Assembly: GCA_951406725.2 (NCBI GenBank)
Contig: OX597839.1
Location: 21,080,001-21,144,000, forward strand
Reading direction: 5' to 3'
Source: Octopus vulgaris
Lineage: Eukaryota
DNA length: 64,000 bases
The position numbers were made by a program, and so were the translations under genes. Of the stretch, positions 52,630-64,000 are shown one piece after another. Below the pieces are notes generated by a model. The model saw nothing but the letters and a program-made list of their open reading frames with translations. It ran no database searches and was not told the DNA's origin. How positions within the stretch are numbered: position 1 is the stretch's first letter; the number at the start of each line of letters is the position of its first letter.

Positions 52630-53564
52630 GACAGGCTTCTTTCAGTTTCCGTCTACCAAATCCACTCATAAGGCATTGGTTGGCCCGGGGCTATAGTAGA
52701 AGACACTTGCCCAAGATGCCACGCAGTGGGACTGAACCCGGAACCATGTGGTTGGTTAGCAAGCTACTTACCACACAGCCACTCCTGCTATATTTTTTCT
52801 CTATATAAAAGCAGTGCTCCAACATGGCCACAGTCAAATGACTGAAACAGGTAAAAGAGTAAATGAGTATTTATTTACTGTTGCAATGACTGCGAAAATG
52901 ATGACGATGATGATGATAGTAGTGGTGATGCTGATGATGATGATGATTGGGAAGATTGATATCACTAGAAGCACCAATAACAACAACAACAACACAACAC
53001 TAACAACTAAGATGCAGGGGTGGCTGTGTGGCAAGTACCTTGCTTACTAACCACATGGTACTATCCACAAGGGGCTAAACACAGAGGGGACAAACAAGGA
53101 CAGACAAACGAATTAAGTAGATTATATCGACCCCAGTGCGTAACTGGTACTTATTTAATCAACCCCGAAATGATGAAAGGCAAAGTCGACCTCAGCGGAA
53201 TTTGAACTCAGAACATAGCGCCAGACGAAATATCCATTTCTTTACTACCCACAAGGGGCTAAACACAGAGGGGACAAACAAGGACAGACAAACGGATTAA
53301 GTAGATCATATCGACCCCAGTGTGTAACTGGTACTTATTTAATCGACCCCGAAAGGACGAAAGGCAAAGTCGACCTCGGCGGAATTGAACTCAGAATGTA
53401 GCGGCAGACGAAATACCACTAAGCATTTCGCCCGGCGTGCTAACGATTCTGCCAGCTCGCCGTCGTAACCAATGAAGACCCAGTGTTACATTTGACAGAG
53501 CTGTCTAATTGCGAAAGGATTAATTAGCGAAAATAACGAGCTTGTAGTGTAATTAAGTCATTAC

Positions 53565-53702
53565 CTTTCGGGATCAAACTTGGTAGGATCGGTCCAGTAT
53601 CTTTCGTCGTAATGTAAGCTACGGATCGGCATGATGACAGTCATTTTTGCGGGAATTTTCACACCTTTGATGACGCAGTCCTTCTTGCATTCTCGCTGAA
53701 GA
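53565..53702 (-). CDS. Cytochrome P450 exon (LQRECKKDCVIKGVKIPAKMTVIMPIRSLHYDERYWTDPTKFDPER)
   Basis: AG/GT boundaries, 138 nt, phase 2/2, PERF motif. Confidence 0.95.
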
Positions 53703-54628
53703 CTATGAGAGAAGAAGAACAACAGCAAGAACATTTAGGTATGTGGAATTGAATCAAAAGAGGGATGAAGCAGGGATGAAGGGGTGTATGAGAAAGAGGG
53801 ATGGGGAAAGAGAAAGACGGGGCGGAGAGAGAAAGATGAGAGTGCAAAAGAGAGAGGAGGAAGAGGGGGAGGAGGGGTGGAGGAGGAGGAATTTTGTCAC
53901 GAAGGCAGCAATTTTGGGGGAAAGGATGAGTCGATTACATCAACCCCAGGTTCCAACTGGTACTTAATTTATCGACCCCCAAAAGAATGAAAGGCAAAGT
54001 CAACCTTGGCGGAATTTGAACTCAGAATGTAAAGCCCTGCATGCTAACGATTCTGCCAGCTCGGCACCATAAAAATAAAAATAATAATAATAATAATAAT
54101 AATAATCATCATCATTTAGCGTCCGCTTTCCATGCTAGCATGGGTTGGACGGTTCAACTGGGGTCTGTGAAGCCGGAAGGCTGCACCAGGCTCCGGTCTT
54201 ATCTGGCAATGTTTCTACAGCTGGATGCCCTTCCTAACGCCAACCACTCCGTGAATGTAGTGGGTGCTTTTTATGTGCCACCTGCACAGGTGCCAGTCAG
54301 AGCTGGCAAACGGCCACGAACGGATGGTGCTTTTACGTGTCACCGGCACGGGGGCCAGGCGAGGCTGGCAACGGACACGAACGGATGGTGCTTTTACGTG
54401 CCACCAACACGGGGGCCAGACAGAGCTGGCAAACAGCCACGAAACGGATGGTGCTTTTACGTGTCACCGGCACGGGGGCCAGGCGAGGCTGGCAACAGCC
54501 ACGAACAGATGGTGCTTTTACGTGTCACTGGCACGGGGGGCCAGACAGAGCTGGCAAACGGCCACGAACAGATGGTGCTTTTACGTGCCACCGACACGGG
54601 GGCCAGACAGGGCTGGCAAACGGCCACG

Positions 54629-54680
<52 letters not shown>

Positions 54681-54762
54681 TAATAATAATGATGATGATG
54701 ATTATGATGATGATAATAATGATAATAATAATAATAATTTTCGATAATGCCTTTGGGTTAAT

Positions 54763-55227
54763 GAAAATGATAATACAAAGATCCTATGGGATTTTATGAT
54801 TCAGTGTGACCATGAGATAGAGAATAGGAAACTAGACAGTCTTCATTGAGATAGAAAGCAAACGATGCTGGATCATAGATATAGCATGCCCAGGTGACAA
54901 CAAGGTATGCAATAAGGAAGAAAGAAAAGTCGATAGATATAACAGGTTAGCTTGGGAGGTTAAGCAGTTGTGGCCGATGAAAAAGCTGGTATAGTAGTAT
55001 TAATAATTGTCGAAACCCTGGGAATAGTGAGCAAAAACCTTGAGAAGTACATGGAACAAATAGGGGCTGCAATAAGTGTGGAGGACTTGCAGAAAACAGC
55101 ACTGCTTGGAACCGCTCAAATACACAGGATGGGGCTCGAAAAATAAGGAGTGTTACTTTAGTTCGCTGGTAGTGAACAGCTCACAATGTAGTACATCTCC
55201 AGTGATAGAAGTTGTGCAAAGACAATT

Positions 55228-55274
<47 letters not shown>
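54763..55274 (+). mobile_element. R4/Dong-like non-LTR retrotransposon 3' fragment (restriction-like endonuclease) with (TAA)n tail
   Basis: ENDNTKILWDFMIQCDHEIENRKLD...CWIIDIACPGDNKVCNKEERKVDRY...LQKTALLGTAQI. Confidence 0.75.
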
Positions 55275-55275
<1 letters not shown>

Positions 55276-55278
55276 TAC

Positions 55279-55367
55279 ATTGATATCAAAGGATTTAGCC
55301 TTAAAGACTCTGCCATACACATTTCAAGGTACTTCAACTGCTGAATAGATTCATATGTTGGGTATTC
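55279..55367 (-). CDS. Cytochrome P450 K-helix exon (EYPTYESIQQLKYLEMCMAESLRLNPLIS)
   Basis: AG/GT boundaries, 89 nt, ExxR motif. Confidence 0.93.
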
Positions 55368-57204
55368 CTGAAACAGCAAATCAGAATTTATTATTGGTTA
55401 ATTAAATATTGATTAAACAAGGTTGCAAGACGCAATTAAAATTTTAGAAAACTAAAAAAAAAGAAAAGAATTAAAAAGAAATAAGTGGAAATTTTACTGG
55501 TGAGTGTGTTAAATTATAAGGCTCCGAAAGAGAATGACTCTCCCAGACACAACAGAATATGCTTCAACACTCAAACTCACATAAAGAATCTTGGAAACCA
55601 AATCCAAAAACGAAATTATTTCTTTATTACCCACAGGAGGCTAAACATAGAATGGACAAATAAGGACAGACAAAGGGATTAATTCGATTACATTGACCCC
55701 CAGTGCATACCTGGTACTTATTTAATCGGCCCCCGAAAGGATAAAAGGCAAAGTCGACCTCGGCAGAATTTGAACTCAGAACGTAGTGGCAGACGAAATA
55801 CTGCTAAGCATTCCACCCAGCATGCTAACAATGCTGCCAGCTCGCTGCCTGTTTTCATAAATAATTACCCACACCCGTAGTCTGTGTACATATACAGAAC
55901 TAGTTTTCTAAAGCCTTTGGTTCCAAAACCATTTTAGATTCCCTTTTTTTTTTCTGAACCAAGTCTGGTCACACTCTAAATAAAACAAATACCAAATTTG
56001 CATAAATATCACATCATCATCATCATCATTTAACGTCCACTTTCCATGCTAGCATGGGTTGGACGATTTGACTGAGGTCTGGTGAACCAGACTCCAATCT
56101 GATCTGGCAGAGTTTCTACAGCTGGATGCCCTTCCTAACGCCAACCACTCCGAGAGTGTAGTGGGTGATTTTACGTGCCACCAGCACGAGGACCAGTTTG
56201 GTGGTATTGGCAATGGCCACACCCAAATGGTGCTCTTTATGTGCCACCTGCACAGGAGCCAGTCCAGCGACACTGGCGCCGACCTCGCTCGAATATTTCA
56301 CATGCCACCAGCACAAGTGCTAGTAAGGCGACGCGGTAACGATCACACTTGAATGGTGTGCTTAATGTGCCATCGACACGAAGCCAGCTTGTTCCTCTGG
56401 CAACAATCTCACTCGTATGATACTCTTAGCGCTCCACTAGCAATGACTGCCAGTCACCGAATTTGATTTCGACATCGATTTCACTTGCCTCAACTGGTAC
56501 AATTTTTGTCCTTGGGCTGCACCAGATTCCAGATTCTGTTTTGGCTTGGTTTCTACAGCTGGATGCCCTTTCTAACACCAACCACTTTACAGAACATACT
56601 TGGTGCTTTTTATGAAGCACCAGCACCCATGCTTTGATGAACTTTCAGTTTCCGTCTACCAAATCCACTCACAAGGTTTTGGATCAGCTATAGCAGAAGG
56701 CACTTGCCCTAGGTGCCACACCATGGGACTGAACCCAGAACCATGTGGTTGGGAAGCAAGCTTCTACCCACACAGCTGTGCCTGTGTATATATATATATA
56801 TACTGTGCGGTAAGAAGTTTGTTTCCCAACCACATGGTTCTGGGATCAGTCCCATGGTGTGGCACCTTGGGCAAGGGTCTTCTACTACAGCCTCTGGCTG
56901 ACCAAAACCTTGCAAATGGATTTGAGAGATGGAAACTGAAAGAATCTCATCATATGTGGCGGGGGTGTCCCAACCCCCTCACTGCTTGACAACCAGTGTT
57001 GGTGTTTATGACCCTATAACTTAGCGGTTTGGCAAAAGAGACTAATAGAATAAATACTAGATTTAAGAAATGAGCCCTGGAATCGATTTGTTTAACTAAA
57101 ACCCTTCAAGGCAGTGCCCCAGCATGGCCAAATGACTGAAACATATAAAACAATAAAAGAATACACGCATGTACACACACATATACACACACACATACAC
57201 ACGT

Positions 57205-57245
<41 letters not shown>

Positions 57246-57416
57246 ATGGGCTTCTCTCAATTTCTGTCTACCAAATCCACTCACAAAGCTTTAGTCGGCC
57301 CAAAACTATAGAAAAAGACACTTGCTCCAGGTGCCATGCTGTGGGACTGAACCCAAAACCATATGGTGGGGAAGCAAACTTCTTACCGCACAGCCACACC
57401 TGCGTCTAATACTTAC

Positions 57417-57574
57417 ATCTCCGACCACTTCCATGATTTCTTTGTAGACTTTTTCTTGGATGTCTGGGTTAAAAGCCATGCAACGTGCGAAGAATGTCAA
57501 TGTGGAAGCCGTAGTTTCGTAACCAGCCAGGAAAAAGATTATGCATTGTGCAATTATTTCTGTATCAGTGATAC
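57417..57574 (-). CDS. Cytochrome P450 I-helix exon (GITDTEIIAQCIIFFLAGYETTASTLTFFARCMAFNPDIQEKVYKEIMEVVGD)
   Basis: ttccAG / GTAAGT, 158 nt, AGYETT motif typical of clan 3. Confidence 0.95.
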
Positions 57575-57595
57575 CTGGAAAATAGCAGACATGTT

Positions 57596-58050
57596 GGATC
57601 TTTTAGGTTTGAACGGCAGTTTTTTAAAATAATTTCCACGTAACTAAAAACTTTTAAACTTCGTATACTGGTAGAATGTGTTTATAAAACATCTTTTTCT
57701 CTTGGCTTTATTGAGAAAATTCTATAATTTGTAAGATATTTGTTGTCTTTTTTTCTTCAATTTCTGCAATTTCAACCAATCAATGATGTCTCTTGAGGTG
57801 AAAACATTCTCTGCCGTATGAAAATGTGCCTTGTTTAAGAAACAGATTGGGTTTATTTACATTTCTGAAGAAAAAAGATACCCTTCCCCCTAGCCCTAAC
57901 GCTAACCCTAACCCTAACTAACCCTAACCCTAACTAACCCTAACCCTAAAACAGATTGAAATACAATAGATCAATACTAGGGTCATAATTATGGGTGACT
58001 ATTTCATATGACACCGCTAGAAAAAACTGCTGGTCAAACTGAAGAGATCT
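57596..58050 (+). mobile_element. GGATC-terminated TIR element with expanded CCCTAA tract
   Basis: TIR match; CCCTAA-like repeats at ~57887-57948. Confidence 0.8.
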
Positions 58051-58089
58051 GAAGTGTTTTGTTATAATAAAAAAATAATAATAATAATA

Positions 58090-58433
58090 ATTGTGTACAG
58101 TGCTCAGGTGCACTACAACTCATCTAAAGTGTATATATAATCAGGTGTAGTTTCGGCGGATTTCGGAAAGCATGAGGGCCTTAAAGGATGCAGTGTCATG
58201 GCAGTCAACAACTGACGCAGGCAGTTTATTCCATGCTTCAGCAACTCTGAGCGTGAAAAAATGTTTCCGAAAGTCATGGGAGCTGTGTTGTTTTCTGACT
58301 TTGTAGGCATGTCCACGTGTGTTAGACACATGGAGATCAAAAGGGTGTTCAGTGTTGTTGTTGGTGAGGTGGTTGACAAACTTGTGGGTGTTTACCAAGT
58401 CCGTCGCCAGACGCCGGAGCTTCAGTGAATCCA
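58090..58433 (-). mobile_element. CR1-group LINE 3' fragment
   Basis: MDSLKLRRLATDLVNTHK...TRGHAYKV...HFFTLRVAEAWNKLP; near-identical to the 46252 copy. Confidence 0.8.
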
Positions 58434-58673
58434 TTAGACAAATCCTATAATGATTGAAAGAGTGAAAGGATGGATTTAGGAACCTTTTCTACACTAAGCA
58501 CAAGGCGTGAAGTTTTTGGGGAGGGTGGCCAGTTGATTAGATCGCCCCCAGTATGCAACTGGTACTTAATTTATCGACTCTGAAAGGATGAAAGGCAAAG
58601 TCAACCTCGGCGGAATTTGAACCCCAGAACGTAATACTGCTAAGTAATTCGCCCAGCGTGCTAACGTTTCTGC

Positions 58674-58745
58674 AAGCTCATTTGGGAATTGAACCTGTGA
58701 CCTCTGGCACCTAAAATGAGGATCATACCCCTAGACCAATGAGCC
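58674..58745 (-). pseudogene. tRNA-Pro pseudogene (72 nt)
   Basis: GGCTCATTGGTCTAGGGGTATGATCCTCATTTTAGGTGCCAGAGGTCACAGGTTCAATTCCCAAATGAGCTT aligns end to end with eukaryotic tRNA-Pro (GGCTCGTTGGTCTAGGGGTATGATTCTCGC...) but has stem mismatches. Confidence 0.75.
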
Positions 58746-58799
58746 AGAGTGCAGGGATACATAATCAGACTGTCGCCTAACACTACATATATATATATA

Positions 58800-59032
58800 C
58801 AGGGTTGGCCAAAAGTCACCCAACAGTAAATCAAAATTCCATAAATACTTAATATTCAATTTCATTTATTCATTCCAATTATGAAAGTTCAATAATTGAA
58901 TGCTGTGAGTTAAAATCACTGCCTTTTTTTTTCAACATTTGTCTATTTATTAGCAAAGTCTCTTAAATTAATTTTTTGTTTTAATCTTGGGATTCGTTGG
59001 GTTTTGTTTTACAGTCAGGTGACTTTTGGGCA

Positions 59033-59033
<1 letters not shown>
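58800..59033. mobile_element. Tc1-like MITE
   Basis: CAGGGTTGGCCAAAAGTCACC ... GGTGACTTTTGGGCAA inverted ends in TA context. Confidence 0.6.
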
Positions 59034-60705
<1,672 letters not shown>

Positions 60706-60861
60706 GGTGATATGTGTGTGTATGTGTGTGTGTGTGTGGTGGCTCAAGATCGTGAGGTTGTGGTTTCAATTCCTACACCGGGCGATGCCTTGTGAAGAAG
60801 GAGAAGAAGAAGAAGGCGAAGAAGAAGAAGGCGAAGAAGAAGAAGGCGAAGAAATGCTAAC

Positions 60862-60985
60862 CTCTTTTGTGTTTCCAATCACTTATGTTTTCCAGTGGGA
60901 TATCCTTTGCTCCGTTTCCTGTCAGGTTTTCATTTCCAGCCACTTGAGCTTCGAGCATGATTTCCAGGAAATCTTTACATGCTCC
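60862..60985 (-). CDS. Cytochrome P450 exon (GACKDFLEIMLEAQVAGNENLTGNGAKDIPLENISDWKHKR)
   Basis: AAG acceptor, G|GTTAGC donor, 124 nt, DFLxxML motif; an upstream GTGATT donor in the same phase is possible. Confidence 0.8.
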
Positions 60986-61747
60986 CTTTACCGAAAAACA
61001 CAAGAAAGAAAGAATTTAAAAATCACAAAACGAAGTTCAGAAATATTAAAATAAGACACCAACAGTGATCAACTGGTATTTATTTTATTGACCCCTCATC
61101 CCCCAAAGGTTCAAAAGCAAAGTTTACCGCAGCAGGATTTGAACTCAGAATGTAAAGGTGGACAAAATGCTGCTACATGTTTTAACTGACATAGGTTTCT
61201 TATTTCTTTACTGCCCACATGGGGCTAAACATAGAGGGGGACAAACAAGGGCAGACAAAGGGATTAAGTCGATTACATCAACCCCAGTGCATAATTGGTA
61301 CTTAATTTATCGACCCCCGAAAGGATGAAAGGCAAAGTCGACCTCGGAGGAATTTGAACTCAGAACGTAACGGCAGACAAAATACTGCTACACATTTCGC
61401 CCAGCGTGCTAACGTTTCTGCCAACATGCCACCTTTAATAACAACAATAACAATAATAATAATAATAATAATAATTCTTTGTACTATGTGTACAAGGATG
61501 AAATTTCTTGGGCCATTCAATTACATTGATCCCGGGGCTCAAATAGAACTTATTTTATCAATGCCAAAATGACGAAAGGCAAAGTCGACCTTGGTGTAAT
61601 TTGAACTCAGGACCTAATGAATTGGAAGAAATGCTGCTAAGTATTTTTGTCCAACATGCTAATGATTCTGCCAACTTGCCTCTTTAAATGTTAAAATTCC
61701 AACAACAGCAAAAAAGGGAAGCGAAAGAGATAAAAAAAGGAACGTAC

Positions 61748-61878
61748 ATTAGGGTTGAGATTTTGTCTTCGAGTCTTCAGAAGCTGTTTAGAAAATTCTG
61801 CAAGAAGATTTGTCCTTTTATTAAAGTAATCTAAAACTTTCAGTTTGCTGAGGAAGTTTACCAAGCCAGGAGCTACAG
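61748..61878 (-). CDS. Cytochrome P450 exon (TVAPGLVNFLSKLKVLDYFNKRTNLLAEFSKQLLKTRRQNLNPN)
   Basis: ctttttAG / GTACGT, 131 nt, phases compatible with both neighbours. Confidence 0.85.
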
Positions 61879-62036
61879 CTAAAAAGAAAAGAAGAAAATA
61901 AAAAGCATAAACAAATTGAATATTTGCTTTGACTTTCTTTTTAAATTTTTTTTTTTACACTTTTATTTGTTTCAGTCATTTAACAAATCATACCTAATGC
62001 AGCTCCCGAAGCAAGACATTTAAAAAACTGAATTTA

Positions 62037-62100
62037 GTTCTATATCACCTGTGATTTCGCAATTAACATATTAAATACATCTTTTGTTCATCAGTAGAAC
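62037..62100 (-). ncRNA. Type-I hammerhead ribozyme motif (sense in P450 pre-mRNA)
   Basis: GTTCTA-CTGATGA-acaa...ttgc-GAAA-TCAC-AG-GTGA-TA-TAGAAC on the minus strand. Confidence 0.75.
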
Positions 62101-62612
62101 AGATTCTGAACACATCATAAATAAACAACCAACATACCTAGCGAAGCCCAACAGACATCTGCTCCCCTCGGCGAAGCACATGGAAATGTTTATTGATCAT
62201 ATATTCGGTAAATGTCTTGCTTCGGGAGCTGCATTAGGTATGATTAGTTAAATTTTGGTAGTAATGACTTATGTCCCTCTTAGCGTGTGGCATTTATGTG
62301 TAATAATGCCCTCTATACAATATAAATAAATATTTTCAAGTGAAAAAATTATTTTCGAATTTTTTCTCTTATGAGGTTTTTCACGCTAACTACCTGATAA
62401 TTTCTTGTTAAGATTCCTTATTAAGATTTTATCCTTAATTGTTAAATTTATTCCGAAGAAAAACTTTTCCTACCGACGTGCAGTTCGAAAAAGCCCGCCA
62501 TTTACCGAATATATGATCAATAAACATTTCCATGTGCTTCGCCGAGGGGAGCAGATGTCTGTTTGGCTTCGCTAGGTATGTAGGTTGTTTATTTATGATG
62601 TGTTCAGAATCT

Positions 62613-62676
62613 GTTCTACTGATGAACAAAAGATGTATTTAATACGTTAATTGCGAAATCACAGGTGATATAGAAC
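62613..62676 (+). ncRNA. Type-I hammerhead ribozyme motif
   Basis: Stem I GTTCTA/TAGAAC, CTGATGA 62619-62625, GAAA 62655-62658, stem III ATCAC/GTGAT, AUA cleavage triplet 62668-62670. Confidence 0.75.
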
Positions 62677-62952
62677 TAAATTCAGTTTTTTAAATGTCTT
62701 GCTTCGGGAGCTGCATTAGGTATGATTAGTTAAATTTTGGTAGTAATGACTTATGTCCCTCTTAGCATGTGGCATTTATGTGTAATAATGCCCTCTATAC
62801 AATATAAATAAATATTTTCAAATGAAAAAATTATTTTCGAATTTTTTCTCTTATGAGGTTTTTCACGCTAACTACCTGATAATTTCTTGTTAAGATTACT
62901 TATTAAGATTTTATCCTTAATTGTTAAATATATATATACATATATATATATA

Positions 62953-63350
62953 CTAGCAGTATTGCCCGGCGTTGCTTGGGTTTGTAAGGGAAATAACTAT
63001 ATAAGCATTTTTAGAGATGTAAAGTATAATAGCCATCTCAATATGGTTAACCACAAAGGGGGGGGGTGTTACTGTAGCTTTTTACGTTCTGAGATTTAAT
63101 AATACATTTTTAGAGAGTTACTTCCCTTATATAAACCGACCGAAAATGCATTAGAAATGTGAAAAATTGATGGTAAATTTTTTTTTAAATCGTAGACTCA
63201 TCGTAGACACGCGCTAATACCCAGAAGGGCTCGATATGAATCACGACTATAAGATTCCCGGTTTTGGTTAAACTGCACCGCAAAATGTGGGAGTAGTTAG
63301 GAATCTAAATCGTAGGAGACAGACACACAACTTGACTTTTATATATAAAG

Positions 63351-63351
<1 letters not shown>
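62953..63351 (-). mobile_element. Non-autonomous Helitron-like element
   Basis: A|TC start at 63351; CAAGCAACGCCGGGCAATACTGCTAG|T end. Confidence 0.75.
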
Positions 63352-63387
<36 letters not shown>

Positions 63388-63485
63388 TGCCTTCTATGCT
63401 AGAATGGGTTGGACAATTTGACTGAGGGCTGTAAACCAGATGGCTGCACCAAAATAATAATAAAAATTAAAGGAAACTGACTTAC

Positions 63486-63634
63486 TGGAAAGTAGTCCTA
63501 TCAACAGTTCATTCTGTTTATTCAAAATACTCAAAGCATTTTTCACTAGTGGATGATCACCCTGTTCTGAAGAATTTAGTTCAACACCAAACCCCACGGC
63601 AGCGATGTTGTCCAACGTGTATTTACTAAATGCA
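63486..63634 (-). CDS. Cytochrome P450 clan 3 exon (AFSKYTLDNIAAVGFGVELNSSEQGDHPLVKNALSILNKQNELLIGLLS); upstream exons lie beyond the window
   Basis: ttttAG / GTAAG, 149 nt; resembles CYP3A YSMDVITSTSFGVNIDS. Confidence 0.9.
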
Positions 63635-64000
63635 CTAAAATACATTTAAATAAAAAATATATATATATATAGGATTTTAAAATTTTATCCAGGATTGCTG
63701 AAAGAATCCCCATCAAATGAGTTAGTAGCCATTCTTCTTGTTTTATTTTTTTTTTTTTTCATGCTTGCGTGAGTGAGAGAGAATCCAGAGAGAATCCAGA
63801 GAGGTCTATTTGCCAAGGTTGGGCCCATGAATGATCTACCCGTTGCCAACCCTCGCTTATTCATGGCTAAGGTAATGTTTCCTCATGATCAGACGTGTCA
63901 TCATCATCATCATCATCGTTTAACGTCCGCTTTCCATGCTAGCATGGGTTGGACGATCTTGATTGAGGGTGGCGAGCCAGATGGCTGCACCAGGCTCCAG

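Larger units (their letters stand above)
61978..62929. mobile_element. Penelope-like element pLTR remnant (inverted plus tandem arrangement)
   Basis: 61978-62214 is the reverse complement of 62499-62735; 62209-62447 is a direct repeat of 62692-62929; carries hammerhead motifs. Confidence 0.7.

Noticed and set aside
57887-57948. Chromosome-fusion interstitial telomere
   Set aside because: Short, degenerate and located at the same position inside a dispersed TIR element

Overview
Eukaryotic, repeat-saturated, AT-rich animal genomic DNA with spliceosomal introns, tRNA-derived SINEs and huge microsatellites. The SINE/microsatellite make-up most resembles an octopus (cephalopod) genome; this is an inference from recalled repeat families, not a search. 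Two convergent, partial protein-coding genes are supportable. The first is the last two coding exons of a TMEM272-like membrane protein (+, 406-465 and 7601-8052). The second is the last eight coding exons of a clan-3 (CYP3A-like) cytochrome P450 (-, 63634 to 51009; I-helix AGYETT, ESLR, FDPERF, FGGGPRICIG). Most of the ORF track is microsatellite or SINE artefact. The rest is SINEs (four families), non-autonomous Helitrons, MITEs, decayed Tc1/mariner, RTE, CR1-group and R4/Dong LINE fragments, and a tRNA-Pro pseudogene. Most notable: (i) Penelope-type hammerhead ribozyme motifs, including a sense/antisense pair in a ~235-bp inverted repeat inside a P450 intron; (ii) a ~48-copy 117-bp satellite built from a SINE tRNA-like head, with incipient 5-mer higher-order structure, filling most of the TMEM272-like intron; (iii) SINE multimers that share the same palindromic junction at four loci.
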